DNA of 64,000 bases from Mycobacterium phage prophi88-1, in sequence record MW584166.1; one strand, 5' to 3'. The notes beneath the pieces are model-generated. The model did no database searches, was not told the origin of the DNA, and was given only the letters and a program-made list of their open reading frames with translations. Both the position numbers and the translations under genes were made by a program. Shown here one piece after another: positions 63,593 to 64,000 of the stretch. Numbering within the stretch: position 1 is the stretch's first letter; each line of letters begins with the position of its first letter.

Positions 63593-64000
63593 TCAGGGTT
63601 CAGGTGGTCGTACACCACCAAATACCGTGCCTGGCGGGTGCTCGTTCATTCTCGCATTGAGCTGCGACCCGAAGCTTGTGTTCACGCTGCCATCGAGTAA
63701 TCCCATGTTGTCGATCGAGTCGGTTCCGCCCGCTTGCAGGTCACGCGTGTGATCGACGTGGACACCGGGTGGAACGCGGTCCATGCCGAGCGTATCCAAA
63801 AACAATTGGCGTACGGCGGGATCCCGCGGAACTGGGGGTGTCTGGCTGAAGCCGTTGTCGCCGACGGCCGCGTTGAACTGCTGCATCTTTTGTTCCATTT
63901 GTGTCTGCTGGAACTCGGACCAACCATCCTTCATCTTGATTTCGATATGCGGCAGATTGTCGCTGCCGCCGACATTTCCGCCTAAGCCTCCGCCGTGGTC
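63593..64000 (-). CDS. C-terminal HNH/His-Me-finger nuclease toxin domain of a larger polymorphic toxin (N-terminus beyond window)
   Basis: HVDHTRDLQAGGTDSIDNMGLLDGSVNTSFGSQLNARMNEH HNH motif; ORF remains open to the window edge (...GGNVGGSDNLPHIEIKMKDGW...). Confidence 0.55.
   Translation of the reverse strand, partial: DHGGGLGGNVGGSDNLPHIEIKMKDGWSEFQQTQMEQKMQQFNAAVGDNGFSQTPPVPRDPAVRQLFLDTLGMDRVPPGVHVDHTRDLQAGGTDSIDNMGLLDGSVNTSFGSQLNARMNEHPPGTVFGGVRPPEP

Overview
High-GC actinobacterial (Mycobacterium-like) DNA almost entirely occupied by a roughly 61-kb lambda-like temperate siphovirus prophage. The host assignment rests on a WhiB-family regulator, a LysB mycolylarabinogalactan esterase, mycobacterial-type lipoproteins and a glycine-rich tape-measure and minor tail proteins. 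The window opens on the 3' end of a tRNA gene (1-28), followed directly by a tyrosine integrase. Then come a membrane protein, a divergent repressor/Cro-like switch with TTCCGGAA-type operator repeats, and an early region with a RecE(YqaJ)/RecT/RusA recombination module. After that sits a DNA-modification island: a Dcm-type C5 methyltransferase, an RHH-protein small operon with a perfect 24-bp palindrome, a Dam-type N6A methyltransferase, a PAPS-reductase-like PP-loop protein, an HNH endonuclease and a DUF4326-like protein. WhiB and a Pro/Thr/Gly-rich zinc-finger protein follow. A promoter/operator lies at about 18.35 kb. It precedes a small serine recombinase and a lower-GC cargo island of lipoproteins, a P/Q-rich secreted protein and a reverse-oriented membrane protein. 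The late region carries a ParB-nuclease/methyltransferase fusion, the large terminase, an unusual 1.1-kb low-coding spacer with a small peptide, a terminator and ACATGT iterons, then portal, a MuF-like giant fusion, a scaffold-capsid fusion, head-tail genes, a frameshifted tail chaperone, an 1864-aa tape measure with a LAS-metallopeptidase motif, about 12 minor tail genes, and LysA-LysB with a terminator at 61.24 kb. The last 2.7 kb is host-like or accessory DNA on the minus strand, including a polymorphic-toxin C-terminal HNH nuclease domain with downstream immunity-like genes. A 15-bp inverted copy of the tRNA 3' end sits at 61330-61344. No CRISPR array or rRNA was seen. No single locus stood out as the undescribed system the prompt hints at; the strongest candidates are the cargo island at 19.0-24.8 kb, the modification island at 10.2-15.5 kb, the membrane gene beside the repressor at 1336-2070 and the toxin/immunity cassette at the window end.
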